A DNA stretch of 64,000 nucleotides from a virus, in IMG/VR virus record IMGVR_UViG_3300033153_013649, positions 1 through 64,000 of that record; one strand, 5' to 3'. The position numbers and the translations under genes were made by a program. The notes under the pieces are model-generated. The model ran no database searches, was not told the DNA's origin, and was given only the letters and a program-made list of their open reading frames with translations. This document shows positions 49,058 to 57,999 of the stretch, piece by piece. Positions within the stretch are counted from its first letter, which is position 1, and each line of letters begins with the position of its first letter.

Positions 49058-49753
49058 CTATTTTTTAGTAATACGAACTGTTTCTGTATGCCAATCATCG
49101 TTTATTTGAAACCCATGAGTAATTACAGGGGGGGATGACGGTCCGACCCCTGTTGAATGTATATGATTATTAAAATACTCTAAAAATTTCTCTGAATTTA
49201 TAATTAAATCCCCATTGTTAGTAGAATCTTGAAAATTAATATTTTTTGCCTCAATATTAACAGTTCCCTTAGCAGAAAGATTTATTCCTGACCCTTCTGA
49301 ATTAATATTTATTTGACCGTTTTTTATTTCTATTCTTGTTGAGTTATCATCCTGGGTTATAATTATTTTTCCCTCATCAATTTCTATAGTATGACCGGTC
49401 TTAGTTTTTATTATTCTTCTCCCTGTTTGATAATCAACAGGATTTTCGAAGTCTGAACCCCCTGGAATAACCCCTGTATAAATTCCTTGAGAGATATTTC
49501 CATTGATAAATTGAACAGTAACTATAGAGCCAATTTGAGGAATTCCTGAATCAGATTGAGAATTATGTTGAGCCGTTTGAATAGGATATACTGGTAAAAA
49601 CCAAGGCAATTTTATAGCTGATATATTATTATCATGAATTCCAAACACACGAACTCGAATTCTCCCCTGACGTTCTGGGTCATTTATTTTTTCAACTCGA
49701 CCTAAATATATAGAATTAAATTCATTATTGATCTTGTTTTTTATCTTCTTCAT
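49058..49753 (-). CDS. gp5: baseplate central spike (gp5 N-terminal OB fold / gpV type, no lysozyme domain)
   Basis: GRVE..DP..GR.RVRVFG.H, LPW, T.TGH.IE.D, beta-helix repeats and terminal HIH. Confidence 0.85.
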   Translation of the reverse strand: MKKIKNKINNEFNSIYLGRVEKINDPERQGRIRVRVFGIHDNNISAIKLPWFLPVYPIQTAQHNSQSDSGIPQIGSIVTVQFINGNISQGIYTGVIPGGSDFENPVDYQTGRRIIKTKTGHTIEIDEGKIIITQDDNSTRIEIKNGQININSEGSGINLSAKGTVNIEAKNINFQDSTNNGDLIINSEKFLEYFNNHIHSTGVGPSSPPVITHGFQINDDWHTETVRITKK

Positions 49754-49775
49754 TATGAGGTCTTTCTTTTTTAAT

Positions 49776-49783
49776 TATTTATA
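49776..49783 (-). promoter_or_regulatory. T4-type late promoter
   Basis: TATAAATA on the minus strand upstream of the spike gene. Confidence 0.7.
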
Positions 49784-49811
49784 TATTTTTTACAAAAATA
49801 TCAAAAAAATG

Positions 49812-49853
49812 TTGACATACTAGAAGGTCTTTTAGTATATTATATTATAAATA
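49812..49853 (+). promoter_or_regulatory. sigma70-like promoter with adjacent late-promoter motif upstream of gp55
   Basis: TTGACA(49812)-18-TATATT, then TATAAATA at 49846. Confidence 0.75.
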
Positions 49854-49878
49854 TTTACAGAAAGGAAATGTATATTTA

Positions 49879-50418
49879 ATGAAGAAAAAAATGAACTATT
49901 ATATAGATAATAATGAATTACTCGAATTAATAATTAAATATAAAAAATCAGAAAGTACTAGAGATAAAATTATTAATAAACTCGAATCCGAAAGATTAAA
50001 GCCTTTATCTGAAGAAGAAAAGGATTCATTAGATTATCCAGAAAAAATGTCCGGGATCGATTTAAATCGTTTAGGATCTCTTATTCTATTACTAGTAGAA
50101 AGAATCGCAACAAGATCAAATTTTATTAATTATACTTATAAAGAAGACATGAAATCTCATGCTTGTTTTTCGATTTGGAAGGGATTAAAAACATTTGATC
50201 CAAAAAGAAGTAATAGTCCTTTTTCTTATTTCACTCAAACTACTTTTAATGCTTTCCTATATATTATTAATAAACAAAAATTAACTAGAGAAAGACAAAA
50301 AATATATCAAGAACATGAAATGGAAAAAATAAAAGAAATGGAAGGAAATGAATCTTTAAAGTTAGCAAGAAAAAAATTTACGAGAGAATTTACTTCGAAT
50401 AAACTTTTCTATGAATAA
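49879..50418 (+). CDS. gp55: late-transcription sigma factor
   Basis: YIDN.EL, NF.NYTYKEDM and FDP..S.PFSYFTQ..NAF motifs. Confidence 0.93.
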   Translation: MKKKMNYYIDNNELLELIIKYKKSESTRDKIINKLESERLKPLSEEEKDSLDYPEKMSGIDLNRLGSLILLLVERIATRSNFINYTYKEDMKSHACFSIWKGLKTFDPKRSNSPFSYFTQTTFNAFLYIINKQKLTRERQKIYQEHEMEKIKEMEGNESLKLARKKFTREFTSNKLFYE

Positions 50419-50447
50419 ACAATCATCTAATTCTAAGGGAGAATTAA

Positions 50448-50837
50448 ATGTCAAAGAGTAATATTTCAAAAGTTATAAATAATAATAAAATAGAGAAAGT
50501 AGATAAAAAGGAAGAAAGTTTTAATCCTCTAAAGAATTTTAGAATACCTCAGCATAATAGTAATTGTAAAGTTTGTCATGGAACAGGAAGAATAGGATAC
50601 GAAGTTTATATTCCAAGTGATCATGATAATCAACCACTTAAGTATAAAGAAAAAAAGCCAGATAGAAAAAATAGAAAAAAAGGACCTATCATTGAATGCC
50701 CAGTTTTTAAAAAGGAAATTGATACAGCTCTAAAATCCCATATTAAAAGAGAAAAAGAAATATTTGATAAAAAGAAAGAAATAAAGATTGACAAACTAGA
50801 AAAAAATTCAGTAAGTTCTATAAATGAAAAGATTTGA
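50448..50837 (+). CDS. hypothetical protein with CxxCxGxG Zn motif
   Basis: CKVCHGTG and a distal CP. Confidence 0.55.
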   Translation: MSKSNISKVINNNKIEKVDKKEESFNPLKNFRIPQHNSNCKVCHGTGRIGYEVYIPSDHDNQPLKYKEKKPDRKNRKKGPIIECPVFKKEIDTALKSHIKREKEIFDKKKEIKIDKLEKNSVSSINEKI

Positions 50838-51021
50838 ATTAAAAACCAATAAAAACTTTAGGTTTATAGAAATTATTGATAATTGGAAAAGTAAACCAAT
50901 CAATATAAAAGATATTAATATATTAAAACCTATAATTAATATTCTAAACGAATATTATTCGGATATAGAAGATGGAGAATTTATAGATCTAAAAGAAGAA
51001 GAGAAAAAGGAGAAGTCATGA
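50824..51021 (+). CDS. small hypothetical protein
   Basis: 65-aa ORF overlapping both neighbours. Confidence 0.45.
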   Translation: MKRFELKTNKNFRFIEIIDNWKSKPINIKDINILKPIINILNEYYSDIEDGEFIDLKEEEKKEKS

Positions 51022-51746
51022 ATTTAATTGGGATTGGCTTTAGAGCAAGAGCAGGAAAAGATACTATTGGAAATCATTTAGTAAATAAACATGGATATAC
51101 CAAATTATCATTTGCTAAAGCTCTTTATGAAGAATGTGAAAATTTAATATTAACCCATAAATTTGGAGATCCTTGGTTTTATTGGTATGATAATAGAAAA
51201 TGGTTTAATACAATATCAAATTCAGAAAATCTCAATAGACATTCTATAGAATATTTAAAAGACTGGTTATATTCTCAAAAGATTTTAGCTCTTTATTCAG
51301 AAGAAGGGTATTTAAATTACTATGGAATGAAGAAAAAAGATCCTCAATTGCTTCAAGCTTGGGGAACTGATTTTAGAAGGGAAAGATTTTCTAAAACCTA
51401 TTGGATTGATCAAGTAAAGAAAGAAATTAAAGAATTAAGAAGAAAAGGTTACGAAAATATAGTTATTACAGATGTTAGATTCAATAATGAATTCGAATTC
51501 ATTAAAAAGATGAAGGGAGAGATTTGGAGAGTAGATAGATATGATGCAAAAGGAAATTTAATAATCGATCTATCTAGAGATTCGAACCATTTATCGGAAA
51601 CCGAATTAAAGAACCGTAAATTTGATTTAACAATAAAAAACGATGGAACAATTGAAACCCTATATTCGAAAATAGATGAAATTCTCATTAAAAAACGCAA
51701 AAGAGAGAACCAATATTCCAATAGAAGTTTTGTTATACATTCATAA
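51018..51746 (+). CDS. deoxynucleoside monophosphate kinase (T4 gp1 family)
   Basis: G..RAGKDT, SFA, LLQ.WGTD, ITDVRF.NE and H.SE motifs. Confidence 0.9.
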   Translation: MNLIGIGFRARAGKDTIGNHLVNKHGYTKLSFAKALYEECENLILTHKFGDPWFYWYDNRKWFNTISNSENLNRHSIEYLKDWLYSQKILALYSEEGYLNYYGMKKKDPQLLQAWGTDFRRERFSKTYWIDQVKKEIKELRRKGYENIVITDVRFNNEFEFIKKMKGEIWRVDRYDAKGNLIIDLSRDSNHLSETELKNRKFDLTIKNDGTIETLYSKIDEILIKKRKRENQYSNRSFVIHS

Positions 51747-52674
51747 TAAAACTAATAAAATCTCTACTGCTATAGCATGTTATATTAATTATGCCCTTAA
51801 ACATTTGATAAAAGGGAAATACGAACCTGTTCCTATATCAAATAAAAAAATTGCAGAATTGTTTAATATTTCGGAAAGATATGCTCATAAAATTCTAAAG
51901 AAGCTAGTTTCTTTAAATTATATTTCATGTAAAGAAATAGGAGAATTTCCAGAAGAAATAAAGAAAATATATAAACAAAAAGTTGATTCTTCTTCTTTGG
52001 TTTATTATCGCTCAGAATATTTACAAGAAATAGAAAAACATATTTTTAAATCGAAGAGTCAAAAAATATTAGAAACCCTTCAATGTAAGGGAGAATTTTT
52101 ATTAAAATATAATGAACTCTTTGATTATATTTATCTTAATCTAATTAATGTATATGGTTCAGATCTCTTTATATTAGATAAAGATTTTAAAAGGGTCTTT
52201 AATATTAGTCTAAAAAATATGATGAGATTCAAAAAAGAATATGTAGAATCTTCTTTCAAGATAGTTAATATAAAAAATAGTTTTACACAACATCCAATTT
52301 TAGAAGAATATAAGGATTTTAGTCATTTTAAGATTCGAACAAAGAATAAATTAAAATTAACAAAAGAAGGAATGGATCAGCTTGTTTCATTAAATAGATA
52401 TGCAACTTTTCTAACGAATAAAAGAGCAATAATTCAAAGAAAAAGCCAATTATTAGATTTAAAATCTGATCCAGATAAATTTTTTAGGTTAGGAGCTGCT
52501 TTCTCTGAAAATGAGATTTCAAAAAAAGCTATGAGTTTATTACTCACTAAAGATTTCTTCGTTATTCAGAGAAAACAGCAGCAACTAACTTCAAACTGTA
52601 ATAGCTATATTAAATATTTCGAAAACCCAAAAATTTATTCAGGAAATCTACGACACCTTAAATTTTTGGCTTAA
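51676..52674 (+). CDS. winged-HTH DNA-binding protein (candidate replication initiator)
   Basis: ISNKKIAELFNISERYAHKILKKLVSLNYI helix-turn-helix; adjacent to the repeat-containing non-coding region. Confidence 0.55.
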   Translation: MKFSLKNAKERTNIPIEVLLYIHNKTNKISTAIACYINYALKHLIKGKYEPVPISNKKIAELFNISERYAHKILKKLVSLNYISCKEIGEFPEEIKKIYKQKVDSSSLVYYRSEYLQEIEKHIFKSKSQKILETLQCKGEFLLKYNELFDYIYLNLINVYGSDLFILDKDFKRVFNISLKNMMRFKKEYVESSFKIVNIKNSFTQHPILEEYKDFSHFKIRTKNKLKLTKEGMDQLVSLNRYATFLTNKRAIIQRKSQLLDLKSDPDKFFRLGAAFSENEISKKAMSLLLTKDFFVIQRKQQQLTSNCNSYIKYFENPKIYSGNLRHLKFLA

Positions 52675-52983
52675 AATAATTTCGAACAAAAGGAATGGGT
52701 ATAGGAAAGCTGTGAGAATATTAGGAAATATGAGATAGTTTTTATTAATAAATTAAAATACTTTAAATAAATAAAAGAATAAAGGAAGTAAATAAAGTAG
52801 TTAATATTAAATAAATAATTTTAATCTTTTATTTTTTAAATCCAGTAATCAATTTTAAATATCTATACTCTTCTTTCTAAATATAAATTAACCTTGAAAA
52901 ATTTTTTGAAAAAAAACAATTTTTTGAAAAAAAATTGATTCTCAAAGGTTAATTATCGAATAATAGTGTTTATTAGTTAATAT

Positions 52984-53090
52984 ACTAAAATCTATCCAAT
53001 GAAATACATTTAAATAAAAACTAAAATCTATCCAATGAAATACATTTAAATAAAAACTAAAATCTATCCAATGAAATACATTTAAATAAA
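52984..53090. repeat. three tandem 36-bp direct repeats
   Basis: ACTAAAATCTATCCAATGAAATACATTTAAATAAAA at 52984, 53020 and 53056 (last copy 35/36). Confidence 0.95.
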
Positions 53091-53113
53091 GTATAAAAAT
53101 TTAAAAAAAAGTG

Positions 53114-53142
53114 TTGACTTTTAATTTCTTTATTAGTATATT
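53114..53142 (+). promoter_or_regulatory. sigma70-like promoter of the topoisomerase gene
   Basis: TTGACT-17-TATATT with upstream A-tract. Confidence 0.8.
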
Positions 53143-53166
53143 AGTTATAAGGGATTGGAAAATTAA

Positions 53167-54759
53167 ATGAGCCAAATGAAACAAAATAACTTTAAAGTTT
53201 TAAATGAAGTAGAAGCAGTACACCTAAGACCCGAAATTCTACTTGGTACTACAGAAGTCATAAAAAAGTCTTTCCTGATTTATAACCCTAAAACTGAAGA
53301 ATATGATTCTATTGAATTTGATTATTCGGAGGGATTTTTTCGCTTATTCGAAGAGGCGGTAACTAATTCAATAGATGAGTTTGATAGAAATAAATCCGTC
53401 TCCTCAATACGAATTGAGATCGGGGATGACTTTATTAAAATTCGAGATAATGGTGGGGGATATCCTCTTCATAAATATAAATTTGAGGGGAAAGAAAAAT
53501 ATGCTCCTGAATGGATATTAACTAAATTGAATTCAGGGGTAAATTTTGAGGATATAGATCGTAATACTGTTGGTATGAACGGAGTTGGAATTTCCCTTGT
53601 TAATTTTCTTTCAAAGAAATTTATTCTTCGAACAAAAAACAAAAAATCTCTTAGATATGTCCAAATATTTCGTGACTATTCTAAGAAGAAAACTGAACCA
53701 AAATTTAATGGGAAGGTTTCAGACCATCAATTCGATGGAACAGAAATTATTTTTTATCCTGATTTTGAATTATTTAGATTAGATAAATCTATTCTTAAAG
53801 ATTATATTCCTTTGATGGAAGAATATTTTAGAAAACTTTCTATGGTTTATCCTAAAATCAAATTTTATTTTAATAAAAAAAGGATTAAAACAAGTCAGAA
53901 ACAGACTATTAAAGCTCTTATTAATGGAAATATAATTTATAAAGAAATTACAGATAGCGCTACTATTGCCTTCGGTCTTAGAAGAGATGAGTCAGGGCAA
54001 GATTTCTTTATGATAAATTCGAAACCTATTGAGAGCTGGACGTCTTTTGATATGCCTTTTACATATAACTTATTTAATAATATTAGGGAAAAATTAAATA
54101 AGAAATATAAGCTTAAGATTTCGAGGAATACCTGGTTAAATGAGAATATTACGAGAGTTGGAATATTCAAAGGCCTAAATGTTAAATTTAAAAATCAAAC
54201 AAAGGATATTCTTGCTAGATTTGATTCCTCTGATTATCTCTCGTTTGCTTCGAAAGAAAATATTGAAAGAATAGCTCGAGCCTTTATTAATAATCAAAAA
54301 TTTGTTGAAGCTTATCTTGAATTTCATGCTTCTAAAGATAATCTTGAAGCTAAGAAAAAATTAAAGAAGATAAAAAAACAATTTATTGATAAATTAATAG
54401 AGGCTACCTCAAAAGATCCAGAGGAAAAAATCTTGATAATAACAGAAGGAAATTGTTTAGAAGAAAATACTGAAGTATTAGTTTTAAATCATAATAAATT
54501 ATTTAATAAAAAGATAAAAGAAATTAATATTGGGGATATAGTTTTAACACATAAGAAAAGATTTAAAAAAGTTATTAATAAAGTAGCTAGGAAAAAAAGA
54601 GGTTTTTTAGTAAAATTAAAAAACGGGGAACAATTTATAGCTTCTTCTGATCATAAAATGTATGTTTTTAACAGTTTAAAGAAGGAATTCGAATTTAAAA
54701 AAATAAAGGATCTAAATTTAGATTATGATAAATTGGTTAAACATAATGAATTATTATAA
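53167..54759 (+). CDS. gp39: type II topoisomerase large subunit, N-terminal part (GHKL ATPase) fused to split-intein N-fragment
   Basis: E...NSIDE, DNGGG, GMNGVG; reaches IITEGN then CLEENTEV...(intein). Confidence 0.93.
   Translation: MSQMKQNNFKVLNEVEAVHLRPEILLGTTEVIKKSFLIYNPKTEEYDSIEFDYSEGFFRLFEEAVTNSIDEFDRNKSVSSIRIEIGDDFIKIRDNGGGYPLHKYKFEGKEKYAPEWILTKLNSGVNFEDIDRNTVGMNGVGISLVNFLSKKFILRTKNKKSLRYVQIFRDYSKKKTEPKFNGKVSDHQFDGTEIIFYPDFELFRLDKSILKDYIPLMEEYFRKLSMVYPKIKFYFNKKRIKTSQKQTIKALINGNIIYKEITDSATIAFGLRRDESGQDFFMINSKPIESWTSFDMPFTYNLFNNIREKLNKKYKLKISRNTWLNENITRVGIFKGLNVKFKNQTKDILARFDSSDYLSFASKENIERIARAFINNQKFVEAYLEFHASKDNLEAKKKLKKIKKQFIDKLIEATSKDPEEKILIITEGNCLEENTEVLVLNHNKLFNKKIKEINIGDIVLTHKKRFKKVINKVARKKRGFLVKLKNGEQFIASSDHKMYVFNSLKKEFEFKKIKDLNLDYDKLVKHNELL
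54454..54756 (+). mobile_element. split intein N-fragment (101 aa)
   Basis: Block A CLEENTEV, IKEINIGDIVLTH, block B-like ASSDHKMY, then stop codon. Confidence 0.9.
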
Positions 54760-54816
54760 CGTTGCCTCCCTCAGCTCATATTAAAAAACTTAGATTTAAT
54801 AAATAATATTAAGAAT

Positions 54817-56013
54817 ATGAAGATCGAGGGAATTAAAATGAAGGATAAATTTAAAATAGTAATTAAAACTGATAAAATGAAAAAGTATATTCATGAATAT
54901 ATGAAATATGAAATGATAAATAACAACCATTTTTCAATTATAGGTTTACTTAAAAATCATATTCATAAAACTAAAGGAATTTCTTTGGAAGAGTATTTAT
55001 CTAAGCAAAATAAAATTCGCAAGTGTAATTTCTGTAATAATTTTAGTAAAATTGTTGGATTTTCTTTCGATTCTTTTAAATCAGGAACATTATTTATTTC
55101 AAATATAAAATATAAAAAAAATTTTTATTATTGCTATAGTAAGGATTGTCCCGGAAAGAAATTAAATCCTAATAGTGTTGAATTTGTTTCTAAATCTAGA
55201 AATATTTCAAACGAAGAAGCTTTGAAATATATTCATAGGAGAAATAAATCCCCCTTTTATAGAGAAAACCATAATTCTTTAAAAGAATATAAATCTTATC
55301 AAAGACGAGATGAAAAATGGTTTATTGAAAATAATAAATCTTTTGATAAATTCAAAAAGAGATTAAGATATATTAATACTTTAGATTATTTTATTGAAAA
55401 ATTAGGTAGTAAAGAATTAGGATTAGCGAAATATTTAGAAATAAATAAAAGAAAAGATTCAATGTCATTTAATCATTATTTGAAGAAATATAATAATAAT
55501 TATATTGTAGCGAGAAAAGAATATAATAAAAGAATAAAAAAATGCTGTTCTAATTTATCTCCTTTTATTTGTAACGGGGTTTCAAAAGAATCTATTAAGG
55601 TATTATTAAAATATTATAAATTTTTTAGAAGACAGAATATTGATAAGGATAAAATATTTATAGGATTAAAGGGGAGTTCAGAATATAATATTTTATATAA
55701 AACCAAGGAGGGAAATAAAAGATTTTTTTATGACTTTACAATACCTGAAATAAAATTAATAATAGAATATCACGGAGAGAAATTTCACCCAAATCCTAAA
55801 TGGAGATTTGAAAATATAAACAAGTGGAATAAATGGAGGGGGATATTTGATAATTTAAATGTCGAGAAAAGGTATAAATTAGATTTACTAAAGAAAAAAG
55901 AAGCTGAAAAATCTGGCTTTAAAGTTTTTGAAATATATTCTTCTGATAATAAAGAAGAAAAATATGAGGAAATTATTAATTGGTGGTATTTAAAGGAAAA
56001 CAAAAATGAATAA
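54817..56013 (+). mobile_element. free-standing Vsr-like PD-(D/E)XK endonuclease gene between the split-intein halves
   Basis: FFYDF..KLIIEYHGEKFH...D..KK..A...GF.VFEI; Cys/His-rich N-terminus; true start may be ATG 54838 (GAGGG RBS). Confidence 0.8.
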
Positions 56014-56131
56014 TAATTTTAAATTATTAGAAATCGACTCAATAGAAGAGATAGAAGAAGTTGAAATGATAGATCTATCTGTTCAAAAAGATGAAAGTTT
56101 TACTTTATCGAATGGTTTAATTTCTCATAAT
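56006..56131 (+). mobile_element. split intein C-fragment (42 aa)
   Basis: Blocks F/G ending His-Asn followed by Ser+1. Confidence 0.9.
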
Positions 56132-56641
56132 TCGGCGGCTGGAGCATTTAGAAATGTTCGTAATAGTAAAATTCATTCTATATTACCTCTTAAAGGTAAA
56201 GTTCCAAATGTTAAGAAATTAACTCTAAAAGAAGTTTTAAAAAATCCTTCCTATCAAAATATTATCGGGTCACTCAGATTAACAGGTGATAATTCAGATT
56301 TAAGACACGGTAAAGTTTATATCGCAACAGATACAGATCCAGACGGGAAACATATTCGAATTCTTTTAATTCAATTTTTTGCAAAATTCTTTCCTGAATT
56401 TATTGATGAAGGTAGATTGTTTATTTTAAATTCTCCTTTGTATGAATATAAATTAAACAAAACTTTGAAATATTCTTATGGGGAGAAACCCCCTCCAGAA
56501 GCTACTGATATTAGTTATTTTAAAGGATTAGGTTCGAATACTAAAACTGCTAATAAAGAGATTATGGAAAATCCTAAGCTCTTATTAATAAAAGATTCCA
56601 AAGAATTAAAGAAAATATATAGAGAACTTTATGATTATTAA
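56006..56641 (+). CDS. split-intein C-fragment fused to topoisomerase II TOPRIM domain (gp60-like part)
   Basis: MIDLSV....F.LSNGLISHN|SAAG, then PLKGKVPN, ATDTDPDGKHI and YFKGLGS. Confidence 0.93.
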   Translation: MNNNFKLLEIDSIEEIEEVEMIDLSVQKDESFTLSNGLISHNSAAGAFRNVRNSKIHSILPLKGKVPNVKKLTLKEVLKNPSYQNIIGSLRLTGDNSDLRHGKVYIATDTDPDGKHIRILLIQFFAKFFPEFIDEGRLFILNSPLYEYKLNKTLKYSYGEKPPPEATDISYFKGLGSNTKTANKEIMENPKLLLIKDSKELKKIYRELYDY

Positions 56642-56664
56642 TTGGGAAATAATCAAAAAATATA

Positions 56665-56694
56665 TTGACAAACAAGAATAAAAATTTGTATATT
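56665..56694 (+). promoter_or_regulatory. sigma70-like promoter
   Basis: TTGACA-18-TATATT. Confidence 0.8.
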
Positions 56695-56721
56695 ATAATA
56701 ATATAAATTTTAGAGAAAAAA

Positions 56722-57999
56722 ATGGAAGAAATAAAAAGGTGGTATAAAGAATACGAAATTAAAACTGTATTTGATCGAGCTGTACCTTCGATTATGGATG
56801 GTTTTAAACCGGTTCAAAGAAAGATTTTTTATACTGCTCTTAGTAGGCTTAAAAGTAAAATGAATACAAACGCCTTTAGTGGGGCAGTAAAAGAATATTC
56901 TAATTATCATCACGGTGATATGTCGATTGTTGCTACAGTTAATAATATGGTAGCTGAATTTAGAAATAATTTTCCTATATTTTTAGGGTATGGGAATTTT
57001 GGAGATAAATTAGAACATACTCCCGCAGCCGCACGATATACAGAAATTTCTTTGAATCCAGAATATTTGAAATATATGGTAATGAATGAAATATTGGAAT
57101 ATGAAATTCAAGACGATAATAAAATACATGAACCAAATTATTATCTTTTTACTCTTCCAATGGTTCTTATAAATGGAACCAGAGGTATAGCAGTTGGAAT
57201 GAAAACGGATATTCTTCCATATAAACTTTCTGATATTAAAAGAAACGTAAAACAGGTAATTAATAATAAGAAACAAACCCCTCTTATTCCTTTCTTTCCT
57301 CAATTTAAAGGTAAGGTAAAAAGAGAAAATTCTAAATGGGTTCAATATGGAAATATTGAACTAGAAAATTCTACTACTATTAAAATAACTGAATTAACAA
57401 CTAATTATGAAAGTGTTAAATATCTTCAAGTATTAGAAGAGTTAAAAGAAAATAAAGTCATTTATGATTATGAAGATAATTCTTCAGATAAAGTAGAGAT
57501 CGTTGCTAAAGTTACTAAAGAAGTATCTAAAAAAATTAGAAACAAGCTTCATAAAACTTTCAAATTAGTTTATAATCTTCAAGAAAATATTAAAGTACTT
57601 GATCCTTCCGGAACTAAGGTTTTAGAATTTAATACCCCAGAAGAATTAATTGAAACTTTTGTTCTAGAAGTTCTTAAAAAATGTGATAGATATAGAATTG
57701 AAAAAATGAAGGAATATGAAAAAACAATTGATAAATTAATTCAGAAGATTAAATTTATTAAATTCGTTTCTTGTATTAATAATATTACAGATCTTTCTAG
57801 AAAAGAATTAAAGAGGTTAGTTCTGGAAAAAATAAAGATCGATAGGAAATATCTTGATGAATTTTTACAAATTTCTATATTCGGTTTAACCAAAGATTCA
57901 GTAAAGAAATACGAAAAAGAAATTAAAGAATTCAAAATTAAATTAAATAAATTTAAAAGAATGAATAAAAACGATATATATTTAGGGATGATTATATGA
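56722..57999 (+). CDS. gp52: type II topoisomerase medium subunit (GyrA/ParC-like)
   Basis: RA.P...DGFKPVQR, YHHGD, GNFG, active-site AAARYT, NG..GIAVG. Confidence 0.96.
   Translation: MEEIKRWYKEYEIKTVFDRAVPSIMDGFKPVQRKIFYTALSRLKSKMNTNAFSGAVKEYSNYHHGDMSIVATVNNMVAEFRNNFPIFLGYGNFGDKLEHTPAAARYTEISLNPEYLKYMVMNEILEYEIQDDNKIHEPNYYLFTLPMVLINGTRGIAVGMKTDILPYKLSDIKRNVKQVINNKKQTPLIPFFPQFKGKVKRENSKWVQYGNIELENSTTIKITELTTNYESVKYLQVLEELKENKVIYDYEDNSSDKVEIVAKVTKEVSKKIRNKLHKTFKLVYNLQENIKVLDPSGTKVLEFNTPEELIETFVLEVLKKCDRYRIEKMKEYEKTIDKLIQKIKFIKFVSCINNITDLSRKELKRLVLEKIKIDRKYLDEFLQISIFGLTKDSVKKYEKEIKEFKIKLNKFKRMNKNDIYLGMII

Noticed and set aside
52984-53090. 36-bp repeats as a mini CRISPR array
   Set aside because: Repeats are directly adjacent with no spacers, and no cas genes are in the window
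54757-56006. Group I intron or T4 gene 60-style ribosomal bypass joining the topoisomerase halves
   Set aside because: Canonical intein termini (Cys1; His-Asn then Ser) on two separate ORFs explain the break; no intron core was recognisable
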